64,000 bases of DNA from a virus, in the IMG/VR virus record IMGVR_UViG_3300017761_003320, positions 32,001-96,000 of that record; one strand, given 5' to 3'. Each line of letters starts with the position of its first letter. Within the stretch, counting starts at the first letter, position 1. Under the pieces are notes generated by a model. It was not told the DNA's origin. It was given only the letters and a program-made list of their open reading frames with translations, and did not search any database. This document shows positions 26,960 to 36,357 of this stretch, in pieces. The position numbers were made by a program, and so were the translations under genes.

Positions 26960-27856
26960 TCACTGAGCCATCACGTACAGAGCGAGGCGCTTCCAGTCGC
27001 GACGGTCGGTGCTGCGAACCTTGGTCACCTGCACCAGCGTGCGCAGTGAGAGGTTGCGAACCAGCGCGAGGTTCTCTTTAATCGCAGCAAGTGCATCGGC
27101 CTTGTGCTCGTCGGGAGCCTCAGCAAGGAAGTCACCAGAGGCTACGATCTGTTCCATGCGTTCCAGCTTCTGGTCGGCCGACATGCTGAGGTCAACACAC
27201 AGTGCGCGAGTACGGATCGCCTGATCAAGCGTGCCGAGCGTGTGGTTGCTAATGAATACCACACCACCATGGAACTGGAAGGAGGACGGCAGGTCGTTGC
27301 CGCGCTGTTCAGAGTTCCAAGAGACAATGCGCTTGCTGTAAGAGTCAAGAGCAGCCTTCAACAGATTGATAGCCACAGGATCCTTCATGATGCTGTCGCA
27401 GTCGTCGAACACGATGATGCGGTCGCTGTTCTCATAAAGCGTGCGGTACAGAGCCATCGGCGTGCTGTAGCCCTTGACCATAGTAAATATCTTGGTCGGC
27501 GCAGTGTTCTCGGCTTCTGGATCGGTGGAGCACACCAGACCTAGGTCGCGCAAGGTCTTGGTCACAGTAAACGTTTTACCGATACCACCTTCGCCAGTGA
27601 TAATAGCGGACGGCGCTTTACCAGTCGCGACCATCGTGGACAATGCTTCTACAAAAGCAAAGCGGTCGGCGACGGAGAACTGCAGGCCACTGTCTTGTTC
27701 TTCTTGTTCCATCTGGACCAGACCAGAGAGGTGGGCCTTGAGAAGGCGCTTGGCGCGTGCAAGGCTCTTGGTCTGGGTGACCACCTTACCATCAGCCATG
27801 GCGACATACTTCCCGCTCTGGCGGTCGAATTTCACTGAGCTGTTAACGGTTGTCAT
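26960..27856 (-). CDS. AAA-family ATPase
   Basis: Walker A GEGGIGKT, Walker B IVFDDCD, FISN, AIRTR. Confidence 0.85.
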   Translation of the reverse strand: MTTVNSSVKFDRQSGKYVAMADGKVVTQTKSLARAKRLLKAHLSGLVQMEQEEQDSGLQFSVADRFAFVEALSTMVATGKAPSAIITGEGGIGKTFTVTKTLRDLGLVCSTDPEAENTAPTKIFTMVKGYSTPMALYRTLYENSDRIIVFDDCDSIMKDPVAINLLKAALDSYSKRIVSWNSEQRGNDLPSSFQFHGGVVFISNHTLGTLDQAIRTRALCVDLSMSADQKLERMEQIVASGDFLAEAPDEHKADALAAIKENLALVRNLSLRTLVQVTKVRSTDRRDWKRLALYVMAQ

Positions 27857-27879
27857 GTCTATCTCCTTTGTGTTGGTGG

Positions 27880-27923
27880 ATAGTACCAGAGTTCCAGTGG
27901 GAAGTACAGGGCCGATCGGTTAA
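27880..27923 (-). promoter_or_regulatory. early promoter cassette (degenerate)
   Basis: Minus strand TTAACC...TGTACT-17bp-TACTAT. Confidence 0.6.
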
Positions 27924-27933
27924 AAGTCGGCAA

Positions 27934-28227
27934 TCAATAGTGATGGCGAGAGCCGGGATCACCGAAGGCGGCGTTGTCCGGAGTCCATTCCTCCTCGACA
28001 TCCTCGAACCGCACCGGAGCCTGTTCGAACAGCGACTCGCCCCAGCGGCGCATCAGGCTTTCATGGTTAATTAATGCGGCCTCGTACAGAACCCGGACGG
28101 CAGCACGGTAGCGGCTATCGCGGCCTATCGCGGCTCGCGTCGACATCTCGCGTTCGTACAGAGCCAGTTGGTCATTGGATTCGACCATCTCGTCGACCAG
28201 AGAGTTGCAGTATTCTGAGTGTGTCAT
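27934..28227 (-). CDS. hypothetical protein
   Basis: GGAG RBS with its own promoter. Confidence 0.6.
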   Translation of the reverse strand: MTHSEYCNSLVDEMVESNDQLALYEREMSTRAAIGRDSRYRAAVRVLYEAALINHESLMRRWGESLFEQAPVRFEDVEEEWTPDNAAFGDPGSRHHY

Positions 28228-28251
28228 GTCTTTCTCCATCATGTTGCGAGG

Positions 28252-28306
28252 ATTATACCAGGGTTGGGCCAGGTTGTACAGGGCCTATTTGGTTAATTTT
28301 GGTTAA
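28252..28306 (-). promoter_or_regulatory. early promoter cassette
   Basis: TTAACCAAAATTAACCAAATAGGCCC-TGTACA-17bp-TATAAT with TGG extended -10. Confidence 0.85.
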
Positions 28307-28471
28307 CTACCCGTTAACTACCCCGCAGGCGATGAAGAAACGGTTGGTATCAAACCGGGGGTTCATGTGGATGCAAGCCGCAGCCACGGCGACCGCAGCC
28401 GACACGCGGTGATCGAGGTTCTGGATGCACGAGATATTGAAGGCAAGGGCGTCGAAGTTCTTTTTGGTCAT
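28307..28471 (-). CDS. small phage protein with NPRFD..RF..AC motif (54 aa, not in ORF track)
   Basis: MTKKNFDALAFNI...MNPRFDTNRFFIACG; GGAG RBS. Confidence 0.7.
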   Translation of the reverse strand: MTKKNFDALAFNISCIQNLDHRVSAAVAVAAACIHMNPRFDTNRFFIACGVVNG

Positions 28472-28495
28472 GTTCATCTCCATCATGTTGCGACC

Positions 28496-28524
28496 ATTAT
28501 ACCAGGGTTATGGCTAGCTGTACA
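28496..28524 (-). promoter_or_regulatory. early promoter
   Basis: TGTACA-17bp-TATAAT on the minus strand. Confidence 0.8.
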
Positions 28525-28718
28525 GAGGAATCTGGCTAATAATCGTGCTTTGTTGGAGGCCTCCACGTAATATTATTAGGTGGCCCCTCGAAAAAGTACA
28601 CAAAATCGCCCCAAAAAGCCCAACGATATCCGCCGGTTACAAACCCAAAACGACGGGTTTTTTGGTGGCGTAGTGGTTATCCACTAGGGCTGGTGCTTAA
28701 CCGGCCATCGTAGCCGGC

Positions 28719-28802
28719 TGTTGCATATTTGTCACACCCGCCGCTAGATGAACCATTTGTAATATAAAAGGCCTTGACAGACCCGGTAGGGCCTGGTATA
28801 AT
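28719..28802 (+). promoter_or_regulatory. operator palindrome plus early promoter
   Basis: TGTTG-N8-TCACA at 28719-28736; TTGACA(28774)-17bp-TATAAT. Confidence 0.85.
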
Positions 28803-28825
28803 GAGGGTATCAAGAGGAGAGAAAG

Positions 28826-29059
28826 ATGGATCAAGTTTTTATAGTTCGCCACGGTGACCCCTACGAGCGGTACATAGTGGCGGTGGCCCGGTCTCTGGAA
28901 GAGGCCCGCCGTCTAGCCGACGAGGATGCCGAGCGCCAGGGCACGTGCCGATACGCCGAGTCGGCGTACTACGGCTACGTTGCGGTTCCGGTGGGCCAGC
29001 ACATAGACTATGAGGGCCACGAGGTCGGGCTGTGGGAAGAGGAAGATGCGGCCGCCTGA
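28826..29059 (+). CDS. hypothetical early protein
   Basis: GAGGAG RBS after promoter. Confidence 0.7.
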   Translation: MDQVFIVRHGDPYERYIVAVARSLEEARRLADEDAERQGTCRYAESAYYGYVAVPVGQHIDYEGHEVGLWEEEDAAA

Positions 29060-29062
29060 TAG

Positions 29063-29116
29063 TTAACCAGATTTAACCAAATAGGCCTTGACAAGCCGGC
29101 CACCACCTGGTATAAT
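29063..29116 (+). promoter_or_regulatory. early promoter cassette
   Basis: TTAACCAGATTTAACCAAATAGGCC-TTGACA-17bp-TATAAT. Confidence 0.9.
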
Positions 29117-29140
29117 GGTCACATCAAGAGGAGATAGAAC

Positions 29141-29395
29141 ATGGCACGCTACGCAATCCGCGGTCTAGACCTAGCCAGCGATACAACCGAGGACCTGGAT
29201 CGGTTCCTGATGGTGGCCAAGGGCCATAGTGTGACCGTTCGGATTACTTGGGACCTCGGCCCTAACGGTTACCCGGTTGCAACCTTTTACTCTTTCAACC
29301 TCGAGGATATGACCGCGGTGCTGCTGGACTACTGTGACAACGATCACCAGGCCATGGCCGTCTATATGGACATGGTCGAACGAGTGGCGGATTAA
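29141..29395 (+). CDS. hypothetical early protein
   Basis: GAGGAG RBS; GPNGYPVATF motif. Confidence 0.7.
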   Translation: MARYAIRGLDLASDTTEDLDRFLMVAKGHSVTVRITWDLGPNGYPVATFYSFNLEDMTAVLLDYCDNDHQAMAVYMDMVERVAD

Positions 29396-29400
29396 TTTAT

Positions 29401-29475
29401 AGGCGGGTAGCTCAGCGGTAGAGCATGGCCTTGATAAGGCCAGGGTCGGGAGTTCGAAACTCTCTCCGCCTACCA
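29401..29475 (+). tRNA. tRNA-Ile(GAT)
   Basis: TGGCC-TTGATAA-GGCCA arm, CCA. Confidence 0.93.
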
Positions 29476-29481
29476 TTATGA

Positions 29482-29556
29482 AGGCTGGTAGCTCAGAGGA
29501 AGAGCGAGGGACTCTTAACCCCTAGGTCGGGATCTCGGAATTCCCCCAGCCTACCA
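29482..29556 (+). tRNA. tRNA-Lys(CTT), variant T-loop
   Basis: AGGCTGG/CCAGCCT acceptor, CTCTTAA loop, T-loop CTCGGAA, CCA. Confidence 0.85.
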
Positions 29557-29572
29557 ATTTACAATATACTAT

Positions 29573-29665
29573 GGCGGAAGCGAGTTGCACCGACGGGTGC
29601 CATGGCTGTAGGTGAAGCCTCCGGGACACTCCTGGGAAAGTAGGTTCGAGTCCTACCTCCGCCCA
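29573..29665 (+). ncRNA. tRNA-like structured RNA without a canonical anticodon loop
   Basis: GGCGGA/TCCGCC closing stem, perfect T arm GTAGG-TTCGAGT-CCTAC, three internal hairpins. Confidence 0.6.
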
Positions 29666-29670
29666 CTTAT

Positions 29671-29825
29671 TACCCCGTATTCTAGACAAGCGGGGGAGAC
29701 CTAACAAGGCCAACAGAGGGGAAACCTTGTGAATACCGGATTGCTGACCTCGTTCGCGAAAGGGCTTAACCGGTAAGGTGTACGGAATGTCGACCCACCG
29801 GACTGGGATCTATGCAGGTGGGGTA
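29671..29825 (+). ncRNA. putative structured non-coding RNA
   Basis: No credible ORF; ends pair (TACCCC/GGGGTA); GAAA-capped hairpin candidates; lies between tRNAs and a terminator. Confidence 0.4.
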
Positions 29826-29826
29826 G

Positions 29827-29878
29827 TGGATCGAGCCGTTGTGCTGAGCCAGGCTCCTCAGCGGCTCGATCCATTTTA
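29827..29878 (+). terminator. intrinsic terminator
   Basis: TGGATCGAGCCG...CGGCTCGATCCA stem followed by TTTT. Confidence 0.7.
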
Positions 29879-29905
29879 CTTTGATTAATGATTTACGGAA
29901 AGTAA

Positions 29906-29959
29906 TTAACGAGAATTAACCAAATAACCCTGTACAGACCCGGTAGGGCCTGGTATAAT
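29906..29959 (+). promoter_or_regulatory. early promoter cassette
   Basis: TTAACGAGAATTAACCAAATAACCC-TGTACA-17bp-TATAAT; spacer identical to the 28774 promoter. Confidence 0.9.
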
Positions 29960-29984
29960 GGTCACATCAAGAGGAGATAGAAAC

Positions 29985-30068
29985 ATGACCATTCAAGACT
30001 TTCTAGAGGCTGCTGCTGGCGGGGTTCTCTTTCTGGTGACCGCCTTCTTCCTTGCCTTCGTGTTCTGA
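29985..30068 (+). CDS. 27-aa hydrophobic peptide
   Basis: GAGGAG RBS; MTIQDFLEAAAGGVLFLVTAFFLAFVF*. Confidence 0.55.
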   Translation: MTIQDFLEAAAGGVLFLVTAFFLAFVF

Positions 30069-30079
30069 GGAGACCGCAA

Positions 30080-30253
30080 ATGTTCGCACTGTTCGCAGGT
30101 CACAACCATTACCCGTCCGGTGGCTGGGACGACCTTATTGATACGTACCCCACCTTGCCAGAGGCCCAGCACGCTCGGAATGCAAGGAGCCACAAGTATG
30201 ATTGGTTCCAGATCGTAGACCTGGTCAAGGGTGAAATGGTCGAGCAATACTAA
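30080..30253 (+). CDS. small phage protein (57 aa, not in ORF track)
   Basis: GAGGAG RBS; FAG..YPSGGWDD...DWFQIVD. Confidence 0.65.
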   Translation: MFALFAGHNHYPSGGWDDLIDTYPTLPEAQHARNARSHKYDWFQIVDLVKGEMVEQY

Positions 30254-30416
30254 TGACCCACTCCCTAATCTGGTTTAGTGTGATGGGCCTTGCTACGGTG
30301 GCCTCTGTTATCTGGGCCATCGTAGACCATAACCCGTTGACCATCATCAGCATCGTATTCTGGTCGGCCGCGGCTCAAACGTGGCTGCTATCATACATTA
30401 ATGAAAGGGATTGAAC

Positions 30417-30740
30417 ATGGACAAGGTGATCCGCGACGGCGAGGTGGCCGTTCTCTATAGCCCCGACTTTGGAGCCGGCTGGTATACGTGGAATACGGAA
30501 CACCCGGCTATCCTCTATGACCCGACCGTGGTCAAGTGGGTGATGGATGGCAAGCCCTCTGGTGAGGCCCGGGTGCGCCTTGAGGCTACCCTGGATGAGA
30601 AGTACCCCCGCTGTTATCTGGGTGGTCTAAGGGACTTGCAGATCCGGTGGGTGCCTGTAGGTACTCGGTTCTACGTGGATGAATACGACGGCAATGAGAC
30701 TGTGGTATTGGATCAGGAACACGAATGGATGGTAGCATAG
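30417..30740 (+). CDS. conserved phage hypothetical protein
   Basis: VAVLYSPDFGAGWYTWN...FYVDEYDGNE. Confidence 0.75.
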   Translation: MDKVIRDGEVAVLYSPDFGAGWYTWNTEHPAILYDPTVVKWVMDGKPSGEARVRLEATLDEKYPRCYLGGLRDLQIRWVPVGTRFYVDEYDGNETVVLDQEHEWMVA

Positions 30741-30741
30741 C

Positions 30742-30812
30742 GCCGGTTTGGTCAAGCGACCCTCCGTCCCTCATAAGGACGCGGGAGGCAGGAGCGTTAC
30801 CTGCAGCCGGCT
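30742..30812 (+). tRNA. atypical tRNA with CAT anticodon
   Basis: GCCGGTT/AGCCGGC acceptor; D arm GGTC-AAGC-GACC; CGTCC-CTCATAA-GGACG; T arm GCAGG-AGCGTTA-CCTGC; no encoded CCA. Confidence 0.65.
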
Positions 30813-30863
30813 ATACATGATTGAGTAGCGTAAAATAATTACAACCGTAGTGTTACCCCTTGC

Positions 30864-30905
30864 GCCGGCAGAAACCACCTCACTTCGTGGGTTTTGCCGG
30901 TTTTT
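30864..30905 (+). terminator. intrinsic terminator
   Basis: CCGGCAGAAACC...GGTTTTGCCGG followed by TTTTT. Confidence 0.65.
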
Positions 30906-30940
30906 CGTCGTTTACTTTCAATGCGTTGCGTACCGGCCTC

Positions 30941-31026
30941 TGTGACAAAATTGCAACACCCACCCCGAATAGTTAACCAGATTTAACCAAATAGGCCTTG
31001 ACAGGTGCGGCCCTACCTGGTATAAT
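30941..31026 (+). promoter_or_regulatory. operator palindrome plus early promoter cassette
   Basis: TGTGA-N8-CAACA (30941-30958), TTAACCAGATTTAACC, TTGACA-17bp-TATAAT. Confidence 0.9.
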
Positions 31027-31048
31027 GGTACCATCAGAAGGAGAGAAC

Positions 31049-31252
31049 ATGAACGATAAGACCCTATACCAGCAGGCCGCTGACCTGACCGAGATACTCG
31101 TAACCAAGAACGACTATCCGTATGCGGCTGGCTACCTGACGGGCTTCATCCAGATGCTGCCCATCGAGTTGAACCTCACGGAAAAGCAACGCGATGCGCT
31201 GAGCCAACTGCTGATGCGGTCGGCTCTCGGTGCCGCTGGCAAACCTGTATAA
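31049..31252 (+). CDS. hypothetical early protein
   Basis: AAGGAG RBS; YAAGYL motif. Confidence 0.65.
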   Translation: MNDKTLYQQAADLTEILVTKNDYPYAAGYLTGFIQMLPIELNLTEKQRDALSQLLMRSALGAAGKPV

Positions 31253-31266
31253 AGGAGACAAACACC

Positions 31267-31725
31267 ATGGGCTTAGATATGTACCTGACCGCTCGCTGCT
31301 TTGTGCCGCGGCATGAAGTTGTGACGCGCCGCAAGGCTGATGCTGTGCTGAATCTGTTTGCAGAGGTTGACATCTCAAAGGTCGACGATTACTCTGGTGT
31401 GGCTGTCGAGTTCCAGGTGGGCTACTGGCGCAAGGCGAATGCCATTCACCGCTACTTCGTGGACGAGGTGTGGGGTGGGGCTGATGAGTGTAATCAGTTT
31501 GAGGTGGATCGCCTTCACCTTGAGCGGCTCCGCGACCTATGCAAGGCCGTGCTGACGGTGCCAGAGTCGGCTGAGGATAAGCTGCCTACCCAGGACGGAT
31601 TCTTCTTCGGCAATACGGAATACGGCGAAGGCTATCGTATGGACCTGACTCGTACCATCGAGATTATCGACCAGGCTCTGGTGCTTCCTCCGGAGTGGAG
31701 TTTCTATTATCGAGGGTCATGGTGA
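31267..31725 (+). CDS. conserved phage hypothetical protein (MGLDMYL/YWRKAN family)
   Basis: MGLDMYL, GYWRKANAIH, LPTQDGFFFG, YYRGSW. Confidence 0.8.
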   Translation: MGLDMYLTARCFVPRHEVVTRRKADAVLNLFAEVDISKVDDYSGVAVEFQVGYWRKANAIHRYFVDEVWGGADECNQFEVDRLHLERLRDLCKAVLTVPESAEDKLPTQDGFFFGNTEYGEGYRMDLTRTIEIIDQALVLPPEWSFYYRGSW

Positions 31726-31728
31726 GGA

Positions 31729-33274
31729 GTGAAAGACATGATTGACATTGAAAGGCAAAAGCGCCTTGAGCGCCGTCAAGAAAAACGTCGTGAAGCACGC
31801 GCGGCTCGCAGGGTGCTGACTAAGGCCATGACAGGAACAAAGCTGGCTATGGTCTACGAGTCGTGGGGTGTCGATGCTTTGACAGCTGAGGAGTTTGCAA
31901 TACAGGCTACAAAGCTGATGAGCCCTAATCAGGTGATGGCGCTGGCCCTGTTGCTGGAAAGGAAGCCTGCATGAGATGGAAATCTAAGGATAAGTTTGCA
32001 TGGCGCGATTGGTTCGCATGGTATCCGATCAAGACCGTTTGCGGTACCAATGTGTGGCTTGAATATGTCGAGCGGCGAATCTCCGAAACTGAATGGGAGG
32101 TGCTCCCTTATGTCCCTTATGGTCAAAGACTTCCGGAAGACTTTAACCGTAAGGTCGAATATAGACTAAGGGAGATTGTATGAGAACCCACTATCGCATA
32201 GAAGAAACCGCAGGGTCATATTATTTTCCGTGGGTGAACATCTTCGTCACCTATGACGATGCAAAGCGTGAGATGGATCAGGCTATTCGTTCTGGTCGCG
32301 CTAATCCGCAGCGTATTCGCATCGTCAAGTATGTACAGACTGGCTGGGGTCCACCTGAGCGTGTGCCCGTTGATGGAGGACAAGTATCATGAGCGAGACA
32401 AGCCATTTCTATGATAAAACGATTGGACTCTGTAAATATAAGGGAAGGGTATATGAGGTAGTCTCCAAGCAAGGAGATCATCTATGGTATGAAGTTAGCT
32501 GTCGTACATACCTGCAGGATAAGCTTGTGATGGAATCTGTCTTTAGCGACTTCCTGAAAGGACAATACTTGTATCTAAGTGGTCAAGACCTCTCTAGGGC
32601 CATCAAGCGAGTGTGTAAATGAGCGGTATGGGTGACATGAAGTTTACGACAGCGGGTGATATGATGGGCTGGGGTCCACCTGATCTACCGGCTCGTCTAG
32701 AGTCATGGGCTCAGAACGAGGAGCTGGTGGCTAGCGGCGTTATGACCGCGCATGGTCAAGACTGTATGGATGTAGCTGAGCAATTACGAGCCGCATTGTT
32801 TCTAATAGATGAGTATCAAACAGAATTGATTGAATGTCATAACTATATGGATAAGATGCGTGCTGCTCTTCGTGATATGGCCAAGCATATCTGGCGCGGA
32901 GATTGGGACAAGCTTGAGCCTGAGACTCGTGCGCTATTGGGAGAAAAGGAATGACCGATAAGCTACGGCTTCTTATCGAGCAGTTATCCGCAGCATCTGG
33001 TGGCATCGGCTTCGTGCTAGCACAAGAGTGTAAGCAGGCCATGCAAGAGGCTTTGATTGAACACGAGCGGCTACAAGATAAATGCAACGCGCAGGCTATG
33101 ATTCTGCGCCGGCTAACGCCTGACAAGTATCCTAATACGTATTTCATTCATGGTGGATTAGGCGAGAAGGATCAAAACGGTATGCCCGATAAGATTATGG
33201 TCGTGCCAGCCTATGGGGTCGACTTCTCCTACATCTATACCCGTGAAGAAAGGACGATCGGACCTGAATGGTAA
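31729..33274 (+). other. run of six short translationally coupled hypothetical genes (31729-31974, 31971-32183, 32180-32392, 32389-32622, 32619-32954, 32951-33274)
   Basis: Consecutive ATGA overlaps; second ORF carries WFAWYPI. Confidence 0.65.
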
Positions 33275-33275
33275 T

Positions 33276-34037
33276 ATGACTATAAAGATAGATTGGTTAG
33301 GTAAGATAGGCTACGGCGATATCTGTAGCCCTATCGCATATGCACATAATCTATCTGATAAGCTTGATGAGCATGTGAGACTTGTATTTCATTGGTCACA
33401 TTCACAAGGTGTTAGAACATACTCCGAAGATCCTGAAACCATAGACGATAGGGCTAGTCGCATATTTGAATTGATGCGACCAGCTAATGCGTCATTGAAA
33501 CATGTTTATAATTCATCGATGATATTTGATGAAGATAATCCGCATACCAATTATAAATTTTATTATGACGCTCATAATCACTGGTGGTCGACTGTAACTC
33601 ATAAGTGTACATCGAACCGTATAGTGATATGCCCACCGACTGAAAATATGATTCCGTTTCCTCGAAACAAAGCATGGAAGGATCCGCTCGGTGAAAAGTG
33701 GCTGGCTGTTATTGAACATCTAGATGCGGATGTTGTTTCCTATCGAACACCTATGAACGAGCTGATTCAAAAACTGCTCGGCTGTCGTCTATTCGTGGGA
33801 TATCACGGAAGCTGTGCTTGGGTTGCAAGACATCTTCGAGTCCCGATGGTATTGTTTTCCAAGAATCAGAATATCACTAGAAAAATGTTTTCTGCGAAGG
33901 TTGGTGGTGATATCTCCATTCTATCGGATATTGATCAGCTAGTGCAGGAATGCACCAACAAGGTTCATGAATTTGACTCGGCCCTATTGAAATATTCTTA
34001 TTCCACCGATTTTCTATCGAGCATCATTCATTGTTAA
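33276..34037 (+). CDS. GT9-like glycosyltransferase
   Basis: IGYGDI; LFVGYHGSCAWVARHLRVPMV resembles the GT9 G.DSG..H.A..L..P motif. Confidence 0.55.
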   Translation: MTIKIDWLGKIGYGDICSPIAYAHNLSDKLDEHVRLVFHWSHSQGVRTYSEDPETIDDRASRIFELMRPANASLKHVYNSSMIFDEDNPHTNYKFYYDAHNHWWSTVTHKCTSNRIVICPPTENMIPFPRNKAWKDPLGEKWLAVIEHLDADVVSYRTPMNELIQKLLGCRLFVGYHGSCAWVARHLRVPMVLFSKNQNITRKMFSAKVGGDISILSDIDQLVQECTNKVHEFDSALLKYSYSTDFLSSIIHC

Positions 34038-34675
34038 AAGTTTTCATAGGCTATGATTCCACAGAATCAATTGCATGGGATGTATGTCGATATTCGATTC
34101 TGCATAATTCTCCGCATGGATCTGTCGAGGTGCATCGTCTAATCGGATCACCAGACGGATGGAAACGCATATCATCCGAAGGCCAGTCTACAGAGTTTAC
34201 CTATTCTCGTTTTCTTGTTCCATACCTTAGCGGATATGAAGGAACAAGTTTATTCGTCGATTGTGACTTTCTGTTTCTAGATGACGTCAACCTGCTATCG
34301 AGTTATCTGACAGGCTCGGCCGTAGCCTGCTGCCAGCATCCTGACTATGTTCCACGTTCTATAAGCAAGATGGATGGGCAGACTCAAGTTGGATATCCGC
34401 GTAAGAATTGGTCATCGCTCATGTTGTTTGATAATGCTAAGTGTCGAGTGCTGACTCCAGATTATGTTGCTAAGGCTTCGGCCAAGGAATTGCATCGTAT
34501 GGAGTGGACCGAGTCTGTTGATAGCATACCGCTAGAGTGGAATACACTAGAAGGTTATTATCACTTTGAAAATCCGCGAGCTGTGCATTATACTGATGGT
34601 GGACCATGGCACCAGACATATACAGAAAATCGCTATACAAAACTGTGGTTGGATTATTATAAAAATCTAAAATAA
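34031..34675 (+). CDS. GT8-like glycosyltransferase
   Basis: VFIGYD, STEFTYSRFLVP, VDCDFL, RKNWSS, HYTDGGPW. Confidence 0.85.
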   Translation: MLKVFIGYDSTESIAWDVCRYSILHNSPHGSVEVHRLIGSPDGWKRISSEGQSTEFTYSRFLVPYLSGYEGTSLFVDCDFLFLDDVNLLSSYLTGSAVACCQHPDYVPRSISKMDGQTQVGYPRKNWSSLMLFDNAKCRVLTPDYVAKASAKELHRMEWTESVDSIPLEWNTLEGYYHFENPRAVHYTDGGPWHQTYTENRYTKLWLDYYKNLK

Positions 34676-34697
34676 AAGTACGTGGCCACGTACTTTT
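34674..34697. terminator. perfect 24-bp palindrome, probable terminator
   Basis: AAAAGTACGTGG/CCACGTACTTTT. Confidence 0.6.
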
Positions 34698-34784
34698 TAC
34701 AAAATACATTATAAATGAGTGTAGATGCTTAGGCCTCAGCAATAATGCTCGTACCCTTTATAGCATCTACATTGGAGAATAATT

Positions 34785-36302
34785 ATGTTAGATACAACTG
34801 AAGTAGATAATGCACCCACGATAAGATCGCGATTCAAGTGGAGTAAGCCTATAGAAATCACGCTTCGCCAATTTCTACAGACATATATTTTCGTCAATAC
34901 GAATAACAATCCTCCCTGGCAACGCGATGATCTAGTAGCAAATCCAAATGGCACTTCTAAAAATCCCTCAAAATATCAGGCAATAATTCAGTCTATTTTT
35001 ATTCCGATGGACATTGGTCTAATTCGTTTGATATCAAATAAAGGCCAAGGATCAAGGTATGATTATGAAACCATGGATGGTGCACATCGTATTAGAGCAA
35101 TAGAAAAATTTCGTAAGGGTGAATTTAAGATTCACAAAAATTGCCCTATCGTAGAGTTGCGAGAAAAGTATTATGCTGATTTGACGGATGATTGGAAACA
35201 GATGTTTGATGAATATCCGATTCAGCTAGTCATATATTATGGTATGTCATCAAAGCAAAAGGGTGAGCAATTCCGCATCGCAAATGCTGGTGATCCTGTA
35301 AGCCCGATGGGTAAGCTAAACACATATCATCCTAACGTGGTTGGTGATATTGTTCGCGCTGTAGTACACCAAGCAAAGCTATTTGAGATTTTACAAAAAT
35401 CTACAAATAACGGAATTAAGAATGATAAAAGCACATACTTAAAGTTTGCAAATAAAAATATGTGCTACCATGAAATTGTCGCTCGTATTTTGTGCATGGT
35501 ATGGCATGGTGATCGGCAGATTCCTAAGAAGGCGTATTGCGGCGCTATTGGTTCATGTGATCACGGCGATAACGGTATGCTTGTTAAGATGTATGAAGAT
35601 GCTGACATCGGTAAGATTACCGAGAACGATATCGCGCGTATGTATAAAAAGATGATGCTATGTCTAGACTTTTTAGCAGAGATTGCAGATGCGCGTCGGC
35701 AGCTAAAGAAAAATGAGGGTTTGACTTCATATGAGGTGACACTTCTCAGTCGGTGGTACATGCACTACACAAATTATCATGGACCGTTCAAGTTGAATGA
35801 CTCTGTAAAATTTTATGAATCTTTTTACAAGTCGCTACTCAATTTCATCGGTAGTGATAATGATAAGCTTATTAAAGGATATCATGATGGCCGCTTAATA
35901 TCAGATAAGAAAGGTGCATTTGTCGGAATGTTGAGTGAGTGGAAGGTCAAGGATGACATGGTGCGCCCTGTCCTTTGGCTTATCAATGAAGGCAAATTTG
36001 ATCCTGAAGCTGAAGGTTCTATTACAGTTCTTGATAGAAAGCGGTGTTTCTCTCGTACACAAATTGAGGAGAGGCTTGCACACCAAGGTTATACTTGTGC
36101 AATCAGCGGCGAAAAGCTTTCGGCCGAAGATGCTAGGGGTGCACATATCGAACCATGGAGCGAAGGTGGTAAAACTGACCAAGATAATTTCATGGTTGTT
36201 CACCATGCTCATAATGCAAAGATGTCTACGATGAACGCATTAGAATATAAAAAGATGTGGCTTTCTAAAAATCCATCTAAGGAAAAACTTTCAATAGATT
36301 AA
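34785..36302 (+). CDS. DUF262 (GmrS/ParB-like) protein with C-terminal HNH-like domain
   Basis: PWQR, MDGAHR (DGQQR-like), FRIANAG; C-terminal CAISG...AHIEPWSEGGKT...N......HN. Confidence 0.75.
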   Translation: MLDTTEVDNAPTIRSRFKWSKPIEITLRQFLQTYIFVNTNNNPPWQRDDLVANPNGTSKNPSKYQAIIQSIFIPMDIGLIRLISNKGQGSRYDYETMDGAHRIRAIEKFRKGEFKIHKNCPIVELREKYYADLTDDWKQMFDEYPIQLVIYYGMSSKQKGEQFRIANAGDPVSPMGKLNTYHPNVVGDIVRAVVHQAKLFEILQKSTNNGIKNDKSTYLKFANKNMCYHEIVARILCMVWHGDRQIPKKAYCGAIGSCDHGDNGMLVKMYEDADIGKITENDIARMYKKMMLCLDFLAEIADARRQLKKNEGLTSYEVTLLSRWYMHYTNYHGPFKLNDSVKFYESFYKSLLNFIGSDNDKLIKGYHDGRLISDKKGAFVGMLSEWKVKDDMVRPVLWLINEGKFDPEAEGSITVLDRKRCFSRTQIEERLAHQGYTCAISGEKLSAEDARGAHIEPWSEGGKTDQDNFMVVHHAHNAKMSTMNALEYKKMWLSKNPSKEKLSID

Positions 36303-36328
36303 AAGCCAAACTTTAATCTAAATTACCA

Positions 36329-36357
36329 TGTACACCACATTCATTGCATGATATAAT
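36329..36357 (+). promoter_or_regulatory. promoter
   Basis: TGTACA-17bp-TATAAT. Confidence 0.65.

Noticed and set aside
28252-31026. Repeated TTAACC...TATAAT units as a CRISPR array or integron attC sites
   Set aside because: Irregular spacing, whole genes between copies and clear -35/-10 boxes indicate promoters
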